Shown in pieces: positions 45,480 through 60,400 of a stretch of 64,000 nucleotides of DNA. Position 1 is the first letter of the stretch; every line of letters starts with the position of its first letter. The translations under genes and the position numbers were made by a program. Under the pieces are notes generated by a model. That model had not been told where the DNA came from and made no database searches. It was given only the letters and a program-made list of their open reading frames with translations. Source of the stretch: Yuukianura sp. NJ FZ-2021 (Eukaryota). The DNA lies in assembly GCA_046563655.1 (NCBI GenBank), contig CM102283.1, positions 4,588,001 to 4,652,000 of the forward strand, in the 5' to 3' direction.

Positions 45480-48400
45480 TGATATGTCGCCTTTTAGTTT
45501 AGGAACAGTTTCGCCTGTGTTTTAAGTTGAAATTAGATATGCTTTGGAACAGCTATTTTATTAAAACCCGCTTGCATTTCGACAAAGAGTAAAGCGCATT
45601 TTTTTCCAAAATTTTTGAGTGCGACCACCAGATTCTAAGGCTATACAGACACATCTCATTCCATTCTAACGCTATTATACAATGGTGTTTGATATGCCAC
45701 CTTTTAGTTTAGGAATAGTTTCACTTGTGTTTTAAGTTGAAATTAGATATGCTTTGGAACAGCTATTTTATTAAAACCCGCTTGCATTTGGACAAAGAGT
45801 AAAGCGGATTTTTTTCAAAATTTCTGAGTGCGACCACTAAATTCTAAGGCTATACAGACACATCTCATTCCATTCTAACGCTATTATACAATGGTGTTTG
45901 ATATGCCGCCTGTTAGTTTAGGAACAGTTTCGCCTGCGTTTTAAGTTGAAATTAGATATGCTTTGGAACAGCTATTTTATTAAAACCCGCTTGCATTTGG
46001 ACAAAGAGTAAAGCGCATTTTTTTCCAAAATTTTTGAGTGCGACCACCAGATTCTAAGGCTATACAGACACATCTCATTCCATTCTAACGCTATTATACA
46101 ATGGTGTTTGATATGCCACCTTTTAGTTTAGGAATAGTTTCACTTGTGTTTTAAGTTGAAATTAGATATGCTTTGGAACAGCTATTTTATTAAAACCCGC
46201 TTGCATTTGGACAAAGAGTAAAGCGGATTTTTTTCAAAATTTCTGAGTGCGACCACTAAATTCTAAGGCTATACAGACACATCTCATTCCATTCTAACGC
46301 TATTATACAATGGTGTTTGATATGCCGCCTGTTAGTTTAGGAACAGTTTCGCCTGCGTTTTAAGTTGAAATTAGATATGCTTTGGAACAGCTATTTTATT
46401 AAAACCCGCTTGCATTTGGACAAAGAGTAAAGCGGATTTTTTTCAAAATTTCTGAGTGCGACCACTAAATTCTAAGGCTATACAGGCACATCTCATTCCA
46501 TTCTAACGCTATTATACAATGGTGTTTGATATGCCGCCTGTTAGTTTAGGAACAGTTTCGCCTGTGTTTTAAGTTGAAATTAGAAATGCTTTGAATCAGC
46601 TATTTTATTAAAACCCGCTTGCATTTGGACAACGAGCAAAGCGGATTTTTTTTTCAAAATTTCTGAGTGCGACCACTAGGTTCTAAGGCTATACAGACAC
46701 ATCTAATTCCATTCTAACGGTATTGTACAATGGTGTTTGATATGCCGCCTTTTAGTTTAGGAACAGTTTCGCCTGCGTTTTAAGTTGAAATTAGATATGC
46801 TTTGGAACAGCTATTTTATTAAAACCCGCTTGCATTTGGGCAAAGAGTAAAGCGGATTTTTTTTTAAAAATTTCTGAGTGCGACCACTAAATTCTAAGGC
46901 TATACAGACACATCTCATTCCATTCTAACGCTATTATACAATGGTGTTTGATATGCCGCCTGTTAGTTTAGGAACAGTTTCGCCTGCGTTTTAAGTTGAA
47001 ATTAGATATGCTTTGGAACAGCTATTTTATTAAAACCCGCTTGCATTTGGACAAAGAGTAAAGCGGATTTTTTTTCAAAATTTTTGAGTGCGACCACTAG
47101 ATTCTAAGGCTATACAGACACAGCTAAGTCCATTCTAACGGTATTGTACAATGGTGTTTGATATGCCGCCTTTTAGTTTAGGAACAGTTTCGCCTGTGTT
47201 TTAAGTTGAAATTAGATATGCTTTGGAACAGCTATTTTATTAAAACCCGCTTGTATTTGGACAACGAGTAAAGCGGATTTTTTTTCAAAATTTCTGAGTG
47301 CGACCACTAAATACTAAGGCTATACAGACACATCTCATTCCATTCTAACGCTATTATACAATGGTGTTTGATATGCCACCTTTTAGTTTAGGAATAGTTT
47401 CACTTGTCTTTTAAGTTGAAATTAGATATGCTTTGGAACAGCTATTTTATTAAAACCCGCTTGCATTTGGACAACGAGTAAAGCGGATTTTTTTTTTCAA
47501 AATTTCTGAGTGCGACCACTAAATTCTAAGGCTATACAGACACATCTCATTCCATTCTAACGCTATTATACAATGGTGTTTGATATGCCGCCTGTTAGTT
47601 TAGGAACAGTTTCGCCTGTGTTTTAAGTTGAAATTTGATATGCTTTGGAACAGCTACTTTATTAAAACCCGCTTGCATTTGGACAAAGAGTAAAGCGGAT
47701 TTTTTCAAAATTTTTGAGTGCGACCACCAGATTCTAAGGCTATACAGACACATCTAAGTCCATTCTAACGGTATTGTACAATGGTGTTTGATATGCCGCC
47801 TTCTATTTTAGGAATAGTCTCGCTTGTGTTTTAAGTTGAAATTAGATATGCTTTGGAATGGCTATTTTATTAAAACCCGCTTGCATTTGGACAAAGAGCA
47901 AAGCGGATTTTTTCAAAATTTCTGAGTGCGACCACTAGGTTCTAAGGCTATACAGACACATCTAATTCCATTCTAACGGTATTGTACAATGGTGTTTGAT
48001 ATGCCGCCTGTTAGTTTAGGAACAGTTTCGCCTGTGCTTTAAGTTGACATTAGATATGCTTTGGAACAGCTCTTTTATTAAAGCCCGCTTGCATTTGGAC
48101 AAAGAGTAAAGCAGATTTTTTTCAAAATTTCTGAGTGCGACCACTAGGTTCTAAGGCTATACAGACACATCTAATTCCATTCCAACGGTATTGTACAATG
48201 GTGTTTGATATGCCGCCTTTTAGTTTAGGAACAGTTTCGCCTGCGTTTTAAGTTGAAATTAGATATGCTTTGGAACAGCTATTTTATTAAAACCCGCTTG
48301 CATTTGGACAACGAGTAAAGCGGATTTTTTTTTCAAAATTTCTGAGTGCGACCACTAAATTCTAAGGCTATACAGACACATACATCTAAGTCCATTCTAA

Positions 48401-51400
48401 CGGTATTGTACAATGGTGTTTGATATGCCGCCTTCTATTTTAGGAATAGTCTCGCTTGTGTTTTAAGTTGAAATTAGATATGCTTTGGAATGGCTATTTT
48501 ATTAAAACCCGCTTGCATTTGGACAAAGAGTAAAGCGGATATTTTTTTCAAAATCTCTGAGTGCGACCACTAAATTCTAAGGCTATAAAGACACATCTCA
48601 TTCCATTCTAACGCTATTATACAATGGTGTTTGATATGCCGCCTGTTAGTTTAGGAACAGTTTCGCCTGTGCTTTAAGTTGAAATTAGATATGCTTTGGA
48701 ACAGCTATTTTATTAAAACCCGCTTGCATTTGGACAAAGAGTAAAGCGCATTTTTTCCAAAATTTTTGAGTGCGACCACCAGATTCTAAGGCTATACAGA
48801 CACATCTCATTCCATTCTAACGCTATTATACAATGGTGTTTGATATGCCACCTTTTAGTTTAGGAATAGTTTCACTTGTGTTTTAAGTTGAAATTAGATA
48901 TGCTTTGGAACAGCTATTTTATTAAAACCCGCTTGCATTTGGACAAAGAGTAAAGCGGATTTTTTTCAAAATTTCTGAGTGCGACCACTAAATTCTAAGG
49001 CTATACAGACACATCTCATTCCATTCTAACGCTATTATACAATGGTGTTTGATATGCCGCCTGTTAGTTTAGGAACAGTTTCGCCTGCGTTTTAAGTTGA
49101 AATTAGATATGCTTTGGAACAGCTATTTTATTAAAACCCGCTTGCATTTGGACAAAGAGTAAAGCGGATTTTTTTCAAAATTTCTGAGTGCGACCACTAA
49201 ATTCTAAGGCTATACAGACACATCTCATTCCATTCTAACGCTATTATACAATGGTGTTTGATATGCCGCCTGTTAGTTTAGGAACAGTTTCGCCTGTGTT
49301 TTAAGTTGAAATTAGAAATGCTTTGGAATCAGCTATTTTATTAAAACCCGCTTGCATTTGGACAACGAGCAAAGCGGATTTTTTTCAAAATTTCTGAGTG
49401 CGACCACTAGGTTCTAAGGCTATACAGACACATCTCATTCCATTCTAACGCTATTATACAATGGTGTTTGATATGCCGCCTGTTAGTTTAGGAACAGTTT
49501 CGCCTGCGTTTTAAGTTGAAATTAGATATGCTTTGGAACAGCTATTTTATTAAAACCCGCTTGCATTTGGACAAAGAGTAAAGCGCATTTTTTTCCAAAA
49601 TTTTTGAGTGCGACCACTAAATTCTAAGGCTATACAGACACATCTCATTCCATTCTAACGCTATTATACAATGGTGTTTGATATGCCACCTTTTAGTTTA
49701 GGAATAGTTTCACTTGTCTTTTAAGTTGAAATTAGATATGCTTTGGAACAGCTATTTTATTAAAACCCGCTTGCATTTGGACAAAGAGTAAAGCGGATTT
49801 TTTTTCAAAATTTTTGAGTGCGACCACTAGATTCTAAGGCTATACAGACACAGCTAAGTCCATTCTAACGGTATTGTACAATGGTGTTTGATATGCCGCC
49901 TTTTAGTTTAGGAACAGTTTCGCCTGTGTTTTAAGTTGAAATTAGATATGCTTTGGAACAGCTATTTTATTAAAACCCGCTTGCATTTGGACAACGAGTA
50001 AAGCGGATTTTTTTCAAAATTTCTGAGTGCGACCACTAAATTCTAAGGCTATACAGACACATCTCATTCCATTCTAACGCTATTATACAATGGTGTTTGA
50101 TATGCCACCTTTTAGTTTAGGAATAGTTTCACTTGTCTTTTAAGTTGAAATTAGATATGCTTTGGAACAGCTATTTTATTAAAACCCGCTTGCATTTGGA
50201 CAACGAGTAAAGCGGATTTTTTTTTTCAAAATTTCTGAGTGCGACCACTAAATTCTAAGGCTATACAGACACATCTCATTCCATTCTAACGCTATTATAC
50301 AATGGTGTTTGATATGCCGCCTGTTAGTTTAGGAACAGTTTCGCCTGTGTTTTAAGTTGAAATTTGATATGCTTTGGAACAGCTACTTTATTAAAACCCG
50401 CTTGCATTTGGACAAAGAGTAAAGCGGATTTTTTTTCAAAATTTTTGAGTGCGACCACCAGATTCTAAGGCTATACAGACACATCTAAGTCCATTCTAAC
50501 GGTATTGTACAATGGTGTTTGATATGCCGCCTTCTATTTTAGGAATAGTCTCGCTTGTGTTTTAAGTTGAAATTAGATATGCTTTGGAATGGCTATTTTA
50601 TTAAAACCCGCTTGCATTTGGACAAAGAGCAAAGCGGATTTTTTTTCAAAATTTCTGAGTGCGACCACTAGGTTCTAAGGCTATACAGACACATCTAATT
50701 CCATTCTAACGGTATTGTACAATGGTGTTTGATATGCCGCCTGTTAGTTTAGGAACAGTTTCGCCTGTGCTTTAAGTTGACATTAGATATGCTTTGGAAC
50801 AGCTCTTTTATTAAAGCCCGCTTGCATTTGGACAAAGAGTAAAGCAGATTTTTTTTCAAAATTTCTGAGTGCGACCACTAGGTTCTAAGGCTATACAGAC
50901 ACATCTAATTCCATTCCAACGGTATTGTACAATGGTGTTTGATATGCCGCCTTTTAGTTTAGGAACAGTTTCGCCTGCGTTTTAAGTTGAAATTAGATAT
51001 GCTTTGGAACAGCTATTTTATTAAAACCCGCTTGCATTTGGACAACGAGTAAAGCGGATTTTTTTTTCAAAATTTCTGAGTGCGACCACTAAATTCTAAG
51101 GCTATACAGACACATACATCTAAGTCCATTCTAACGGTATTGTACAATGGTGTTTGATATGCCGCCTTCTATTTTAGGAATAGTCTCGCTTGTGTTTTAA
51201 GTTGAAATTAGATATGCTTTGGAATGGCTATTTTATTAAAACCCGCTTGCATTTGGACAAAGAGTAAAGCGGATATTTTTTTCAAAATCTCTGAGTGCGA
51301 CCACTAAATTCTAAGGCTATAAAGACACATCTCATTCCATTCTAACGCTATTATACAATGGTGTTTGATATGCCGCCTGTTAGTTTAGGAACAGTTTCGC

Positions 51401-54400
51401 CTGTGCTTTAAGTTGAAATTAGATATGCTTTGGAACAGCTATTTTATTAAAACCCGCTTGCATTTGGACAAAGAGTAAAGCGCATTTTTTTCCAAAATTT
51501 TTGAGTGCGACCACCAGATTCTAAGGCTATACAGACACATCTCATTCCATTCTAACGCTATTATACAATGGTGTTTGATATGCCACCTTTTAGTTTAGGA
51601 ATAGTTTCACTTGTGTTTTAAGTTGAAATTAGATATGCTTTGGAACAGCTATTTTATTAAAACCCGCTTGCATTTGGACAAAGAGTAAAGCGGATTTTTT
51701 TCAAAATTTCTGAGTGCGACCACTAAATTCTAAGGCTATACAGACACATACATCTAAGTCCATTCTAACGGTATTGTACAATGGTGTTTGATATGCCGCC
51801 TTCTATTTTAGGAATAGTCTCGCTTGTGTTTTAAGTTGAAATTAGATATGCTTTGGAATGGCTATTTTATTAAAACCCGCTTGCATTTGGACAAAGAGCA
51901 AAGCGGATTTTTTTTCAAAATTTCTGAGTGCGACCACTAGGTTCTAAGGCTATACAGACACATCTAATTCCATTCTAACGGTATTGTACAATGGTGTTTG
52001 ATATGCCGCCTGTTAGTTTAGGAACAGTTTCGCCTGTGCTTTAAGTTGACATTAGATATGCTTTGGAACAGCTCTTTTATTAAAGCCCGCTTGCATTTGG
52101 ACAAAGAGTAAAGCAGATTTTTTTTTCAAAATTTCTGAGTGCGACCACTAGGTTCTAAGGCTATACAGACACATCTAATTCCATTCCAACGGTATTGTAC
52201 AATGGTGTTTGATATGCCGCCTTTTAGTTTAGGAACAGTTTCGCCTGCGTTTTAAGTTGAAATTAGATATGCTTTGGAACAGCTATTTTATTAAAACCCG
52301 CTTGCATTTGGACAACGAGTAAAGCGGATTTTTTTTTCAAAATTTCTGAGTGCGACCACTAAATTCTAAGGCTATACAGACACATACATCTAAGTCCATT
52401 CTAACGGTATTGTACAATGGTGTTTGATATGCCGCCTTCTATTTTAGGAATAGTCTCGCTTGTGTTTTAAGTTGAAATTAGATATGCTTTGGAACAGCTA
52501 TTTTATTAAAACCCGCTTGCATTTGGACAACGAGTAAAGCGGATTTTTTTTTTCAAAATTTCTGAGTGCGACCACTAAATTCTAAGGCTATACAGACACA
52601 TCTCATTCCATTCTAACGCTATTATACAATGGTGTTTGATATGCCACCTTTTAGTTTAGGAATAGTTTCACTTGTCTTTTAAGTTGAAATTAGATATGCT
52701 TTGGAACAGCTATTTTATTAAAACCCGCTTGCATTTGGACAACGAGTAAAGCGGATTTTTTCAAAATTTCTGAGTGCGACCACTAAATTCTAAGGCTATA
52801 CAGACACATCTCATTCCATTCTAACGCTATTATACAATGGTGTTTGATATGCCGCCTGTTAGTTTAGGAACAGTTTCGCCTGTGTTTTAAGTTGAAATTT
52901 GATATGCTTTGGAACAGCTACTTTATTAAAACCCGCTTGCATTTGGACAAAGAGTAAAGCGGATTTTTTTCAAAATTTTTGAGTGCGACCACCAGATTCT
53001 AAGGCTATACAGACACATCTAAGTCCATTCTAACGGTATTGTACAATGGTGTTTGATATGCCGCCTTCTATTTTAGGAATAGTCTCGCTTGTGTTTTAAG
53101 TTGAAATTAGATATGCTTTGGAATGGCTATTTTATTAAAACCCGCTTGCATTTGGACAAAGAGCAAAGCGGATTTTTTCAAAATTTCTGAGTGCGACCAC
53201 TAGGTTCTAAGGCTATACAGACACATCTAATTCCATTCTAACGGTATTGTACAATGGTGTTTGATATGCCGCCTGTTAGTTTAGGAACAGTTTCGCCTGT
53301 GCTTTAAGTTGACATTAGATATGCTTTGGAACAGCTCTTTTATTAAAGCCCGCTTGCATTTGGACAAAGAGTAAAGCAGATTTTTTTTCAAAATTTCTGA
53401 GTGCGACCACTAGGTTCTAAGGCTATACAGACACATCTAATTCCATTCCAACGGTATTGTACAATGGTGTTTGATATGCCGCCTTTTAGTTTAGGAACAG
53501 TTTCGCCTGCGTTTTAAGTTGAAATTAGATATGCTTTGGAACAGCTATTTTATTAAAACCCGCTTGCATTTGGACAACGAGTAAAGCGGATTTTTTTTTC
53601 AAAATTTCTGAGTGCGACCACTAAATTCTAAGGCTATACAGACACATACATCTAAGTCCATTCTAACGGTATTGTACAATGGTGTTTGATATGCCGCCTT
53701 CTATTTTAGGAATAGTCTCGCTTGTGTTTTAAGTTGAAATTAGATATGCTTTGGAATGGCTATTTTATTAAAACCCGCTTGCATTTGGACAAAGAGTAAA
53801 GCGGATATTTTTTTCAAAATCTCTGAGTGCGACCACTAAATTCTAAGGCTATAAAGACACATCTCATTCCATTCTAACGCTATTATACAATGGTGTTTGA
53901 TATGCCGCCTGTTAGTTTAGGAACAGTTTCGCCTGTGCTTTAAGTTGAAATTAGATATGCTTTGGAACAGCTATTTTATTAAAACCCGCTTGCATTTGGA
54001 CAAAGAGTAAAGCGCATTTTTTTCCAAAATTTTTGAGTGCGACCACCAGATTCTAAGGCTATACAGACACATCTCATTCCATTCTAACGCTATTATACAA
54101 TGGTGTTTGATATGCCACCTTTTAGTTTAGGAATAGTTTCACTTGTGTTTTAAGTTGAAATTAGATATGCTTTGGAACAGCTATTTTATTAAAACCCGCT
54201 TGCATTTGGACAAAGAGTAAAGCGGATTTTTTTTCAAAATTTCTGAGTGCGACCACTAAATTCTAAGGCTATACAGACACATACATCTAAGTCCATTCTA
54301 ACGGTATTGTACAATGGTGTTTGATATGCCGCCTTCTATTTTAGGAATAGTCTCGCTTGTGTTTTAAGTTGAAATTAGATATGCTTTGGAATGGCTATTT

Positions 54401-57400
54401 TATTAAAACCCGCTTGCATTTGGACAAAGAGCAAAGCGGATTTTTTTCAAAATTTCTGAGTGCGACCACTAGGTTCTAAGGCTATACAGACACATCTAAT
54501 TCCATTCTAACGGTATTGTACAATGGTGTTTGATATGCCGCCTGTTAGTTTAGGAACAGTTTCGCCTGTGCTTTAAGTTGACATTAGATATGCTTTGGAA
54601 CAGCTCTTTTATTAAAGCCCGCTTGCATTTGGACAAAGAGTAAAGCAGATTTTTTTTCAAAATTTCTGAGTGCGACCACTAGGTTCTAAGGCTATACAGA
54701 CACATCTAATTCCATTCCAACGGTATTGTACAATGGTGTTTGATATGCCGCCTTTTAGTTTAGGAACAGTTTCGCCTGCGTTTTAAGTTGAAATTAGATA
54801 TGCTTTGGAACAGCTATTTTATTAAAACCCGCTTGCATTTGGACAACGAGTAAAGCGGATTTTTTTCTTCAAAATTTCTGAGTGCGACCACTAAATTCTA
54901 AGGCTATACAGACACATACATCTAAGTCCATTCTAACGGTATTGTACAATGGTGTTTGATATGCCGCCTTCTATTTTAGGAATAGTCTCGCTTGTGTTTT
55001 AAGTTGAAATTAGATATGCTTTGGAATGGCTATTTTATTAAAACCCGCTTGCATTTGGACAAAGAGTAAAGCGGATATTTTTTTCAAAATCTCTGAGTGC
55101 GACCACTAAATTCTAAGGCTATAAAGACACATCTCATTCCATTCTAACGCTATTATACAATGGTGTTTGATATGCCGCCTGTTAGTTTAGGAACAGTTTC
55201 GCCTGTGCTTTAAGTTGAAATTAGATATGCTTTGGAACAGCTATTTTATTAAAACCCGCTTGCATTTGGACAAAGAGTAAAGCGGATTTTTTTCAAAATT
55301 TTTGAGTGCGACCACTAGATTCTAAGGCTATACAGACACAGCTAAGTCCATTCTAACGGTATTGTACAATGGTGTTTGATATGCCGCCTTTTAGTTTAGG
55401 AACAGTTTCGCCTGTGTTTTAAGTTGAAATTAGATATGCTTTGGAACAGCTATTTTATTAAAACCCGCTTGCATTTGGACAACGAGTAAAGCGGTTTTTT
55501 TTCAAAATTTCTGAGTGCGACCACTAAATTCTAAGGCTATACAGACACATCTCATTCCATTCTAACGCTATTATACAATGGTGTTTGATATGCCACCTTT
55601 TAGTTTAGGAATAGTTTCACTTGTCTTTTAAGTTGAAATTAGATATGCTTTGGAACAGCTATTTTATTAAAACCCGCTTGCATTTGGACAACGAGTAAAG
55701 CGGATTTTTTTTTTCAAAATTTCTGAGTGCGACCACTAAATTCTAAGGCTATACAGACACATCTCATTCCATTCTAACGCTATTATACAATGGTGTTTGA
55801 TATGCCGCCTGTTAGTTTAGGAACAGTTTCGCCTGTGTTTTAAGTTGAAATTTGATATGCTTTGGAACAGCTACTTTATTAAAACCCGCTTGCATTTGGA
55901 CAAAGAGTAAAGCGGATTTTTTTTCAAAATTTTTGAGTGCGACCACCAGATTCTAAGGCTATACAGACACATCTAAGTCCATTCTAACGGTATTGTACAA
56001 TGGTGTTTGATATGCCGCCTTCTATTTTAGGAATAGTCTCGCTTGTGTTTTAAGTTGAAATTAGATATGCTTTGGAATGGCTATTTTATTAAAACCCGCT
56101 TGCATTTGGACAAAGAGCAAAGCGGATTTTTTTCAAAATTTCTGAGTGCGACCACTAGGTTCTAAGGCTATACAGACACATCTAATTCCATTCTAACGGT
56201 ATTGTACAATGGTGTTTGATATGCCGCCTGTTAGTTTAGGAACAGTTTCGCCTGTGCTTTAAGTTGACATTAGATATGCTTTGGAACAGCTCTTTTATTA
56301 AAGCCCGCTTGCATTTGGACAAAGAGTAAAGCAGATTTTTTTTCAAAATTTCTGAGTGCGACCACTAGGTTCTAAGGCTATACAGACACATCTAATTCCA
56401 TTCCAACGGTATTGTACAATGGTGTTTGATATGCCGCCTTTTAGTTTAGGAACAGTTTCGCCTGCGTTTTAAGTTGAAATTAGATATGCTTTGGAACAGC
56501 TATTTTATTAAAACCCGCTTGCATTTGGACAACGAGTAAAGCGGATTTTTTTCAAAATTTCTGAGTGCGACCACTAAATTCTAAGGCTATACAGACACAT
56601 ACATCTAAGTCCATTCTAACGGTATTGTACAATGGTGTTTGATATGCCGCCTTCTATTTTAGGAATAGTCTCGCTTGTGTTTTAAGTTGAAATTAGATAT
56701 GCTTTGGAATGGCTATTTTATTAAAACCCGCTTGCATTTGGACAAAGAGCAAAGCGGATTTTTTTCAAAATTTCTGAGTGCGACCACTAGGTTCTAAGGC
56801 TATACAGACACATCTAATTCCATTCTAACGGTATTGTACAATGGTGTTTGATATGCCGCCTGTTAGTTTAGGAACAGTTTCGCCTGTGCTTTAAGTTGAC
56901 ATTAGATATGCTTTGGAACAGCTCTTTTATTAAAGCCCGCTTGCATTTGGACAAAGAGTAAAGCAGATTTTTTTTTCAAAATTTCTGAGTGCGACCACTA
57001 GGTTCTAAGGCTATACAGACACATCTAATTCCATTCCAACGGTATTGTACAATGGTGTTTGATATGCCGCCTTTTAGTTTAGGAACAGTTTCGCCTGCGT
57101 TTTAAGTTGAAATTAGATATGCTTTGGAACAGCTATTTTATTAAAACCCGCTTGCATTTGGACAACGAGTAAAGCGGATTTTTTCTTCAAAATTTCTGAG
57201 TGCGACCACTAAATTCTAAGGCTATACAGACACATACATCTAAGTCCATTCTAACGGTATTGTACAATGGTGTTTGATATGCCGCCTTCTATTTTAGGAA
57301 TAGTCTCGCTTGTGTTTTAAGTTGAAATTAGATATGCTTTGGAATGGCTATTTTATTAAAACCCGCTTGCATTTGGACAAAGAGTAAAGCGGATATTTTT

Positions 57401-60400
57401 TTCAAAATCTCTGAGTGCGACCACTAAATTCTAAGGCTATAAAGACACATCTCATTCCATTCTAACGCTATTATACAATGGTGTTTGATATGCCGCCTGT
57501 TAGTTTAGGAACAGTTTCGCCTGTGCTTTAAGTTGAAATTAGATATGCTTTGGAACAGCTATTTTATTAAAACCCGCTTGCATTTGGACAAAGAGTAAAG
57601 CGCATTTTTTTCCAAAATTTTTGAGTGCGACCACCAGATTCTAAGGCTATACAGACACATCTCATTCCATTCTAACGCTATTATACAATGGTGTTTGATA
57701 TGCCACCTTTTAGTTTAGGAATAGTTTCACTTGTGTTTTAAGTTGAAATTAGATATGCTTTGGAACAGCTATTTTATTAAAACCCGCTTGCATTTGGACA
57801 AAGAGTAAAGCGGATTTTTTTTCAAAATTTCTGAGTGCGACCACTAAATTCTAAGGCTATACAGACACATACATCTAAGTCCATTCTAACGGTATTGTAC
57901 AATGGTGTTTGATATGCCGCCTTCTATTTTAGGAATAGTCTCGCTTGTGTTTTAAGTTGAAATTAGATATGCTTTGGAATGGCTATTTTATTAAAACCCG
58001 CTTGCATTTGGACAAAGAGCAAAGCGGATTTTTTTCAAAATTTCTGAGTGCGACCACTAGGTTCTAAGGCTATACAGACACATCTAATTCCATTCTAACG
58101 GTATTGTACAATGGTGTTTGATATGCCGCCTGTTAGTTTAGGAACAGTTTCGCCTGTGCTTTAAGTTGACATTAGATATGCTTTGGAACAGCTCTTTTAT
58201 TAAAGCCCGCTTGCATTTGGACAAAGAGTAAAGCAGATTTTTTTCAAAATTTCTGAGTGCGACCACTAGGTTCTAAGGCTATACAGACACATCTAATTCC
58301 ATTCCAACGGTATTGTACAATGGTGTTTGATATGCCGCCTTTTAGTTTAGGAACAGTTTCGCCTGCGTTTTAAGTTGAAATTAGATATGCTTTGGAACAG
58401 CTATTTTATTAAAACCCGCTTGCATTTGGACAACGAGTAAAGCGGATTTTTTCTTCAAAATTTCTGAGTGCGACCACTAAATTCTAAGGCTATACAGACA
58501 CATACATCTAAGTCCATTCTAACGGTATTGTACAATGGTGTTTGATATGCCGCCTTCTATTTTAGGAATAGTCTCGCTTGTGTTTTAAGTTGAAATTAGA
58601 TATGCTTTGGAATGGCTATTTTATTAAAACCCGCTTGCATTTGGACAAAGAGTAAAGCGGATATTTTTTTCAAAATCTCTGAGTGCGACCACTAAATTCT
58701 AAGGCTATAAAGACACATCTCATTCCATTCTAACGCTATTATACAATGGTGTTTGATATGCCGCCTGTTAGTTTAGGAACAGTTTCGCCTGTGCTTTAAG
58801 TTGAAATTAGATATGCTTTGGAACAGCTATTTTATTAAAACCCGCTTGCATTTGGACAAAGAGTAAAGCGGATTTTTTTTCAAAATTTTTGAGTGCGACC
58901 ACTAGATTCTAAGGCTATACAGACACAGCTAAGTCCATTCTAACGGTATTGTACAATGGTGTTTGATATGCCGCCTTTTAGTTTAGGAACAGTTTCGCCT
59001 GTGTTTTAAGTTGAAATTAGATATGCTTTGGAACAGCTATTTTATTAAAACCCGCTTGCATTTGGACAACGAGTAAAGCGGTTTTTTTTCAAAATTTCTG
59101 AGTGCGACCACTAAATTCTAAGGCTATACAGACACATCTCATTCCATTCTAACGCTATTATACAATGGTGTTTGATATGCCACCTTTTAGTTTAGGAATA
59201 GTTTCACTTGTCTTTTAAGTTGAAATTAGATATGCTTTGGAACAGCTATTTTATTAAAACCCGCTTGCATTTGGACAACGAGTAAAGCGGATTTTTTTCA
59301 AAATTTCTGAGTGCGACCACTAAATTCTAAGGCTATACAGACACATCTCATTCCATTCTAACGCTATTATACAATGGTGTTTGATATGCCGCCTGTTAGT
59401 TTAGGAACAGTTTCGCCTGTGTTTTAAGTTGAAATTTGATATGCTTTGGAACAGCTACTTTATTAAAACCCGCTTGCATTTGGACAAAGAGTAAAGCGGA
59501 TTTTTTTCAAAATTTTTGAGTGCGACCACCAGATTCTAAGGCTATACAGACACATCTAAGTCCATTCTAACGGTATTGTACAATGGTGTTTGATATGCCG
59601 CCTTCTATTTTAGGAATAGTCTCGCTTGTGTTTTAAGTTGAAATTAGATATGCTTTGGAATGGCTATTTTATTAAAACCCGCTTGCATTTGGACAAAGAG
59701 CAAAGCGGATTTTTTCAAAATTTCTGAGTGCGACCACTAGGTTCTAAGGCTATACAGACACATCTAATTCCATTCTAACGGTATTGTACAATGGTGTTTG
59801 ATATGCCGCCTGTTAGTTTAGGAACAGTTTCGCCTGTGCTTTAAGTTGACATTAGATATGCTTTGGAACAGCTCTTTTATTAAAGCCCGCTTGCATTTGG
59901 ACAAAGAGTAAAGCAGATTTTTTTTCAAAATTTCTGAGTGCGACCACTAGGTTCTAAGGCTATACAGACACATCTAATTCCATTCCAACGGTATTGTACA
60001 ATGGTGTTTGATATGCCGCCTTTTAGTTTAGGAACAGTTTCGCCTGCGTTTTAAGTTGAAATTAGATATGCTTTGGAACAGCTATTTTATTAAAACCCGC
60101 TTGCATTTGGACAACGAGTAAAGCGGATTTTTTTCTTCAAAATTTCTGAGTGCGACCACTAAATTCTAAGGCTATACAGACACATACATCTAAGTCCATT
60201 CTAACGGTATTGTACAATGGTGTTTGATATGCCGCCTTCTATTTTAGGAATAGTCTCGCTTGTGTTTTAAGTTGAAATTAGATATGCTTTGGAATGGCTA
60301 TTTTATTAAAACCCGCTTGCATTTGGACAAAGAGTAAAGCGGATATTTTTTTCAAAATCTCTGAGTGCGACCACTAAATTCTAAGGCTATAAAGACACAT

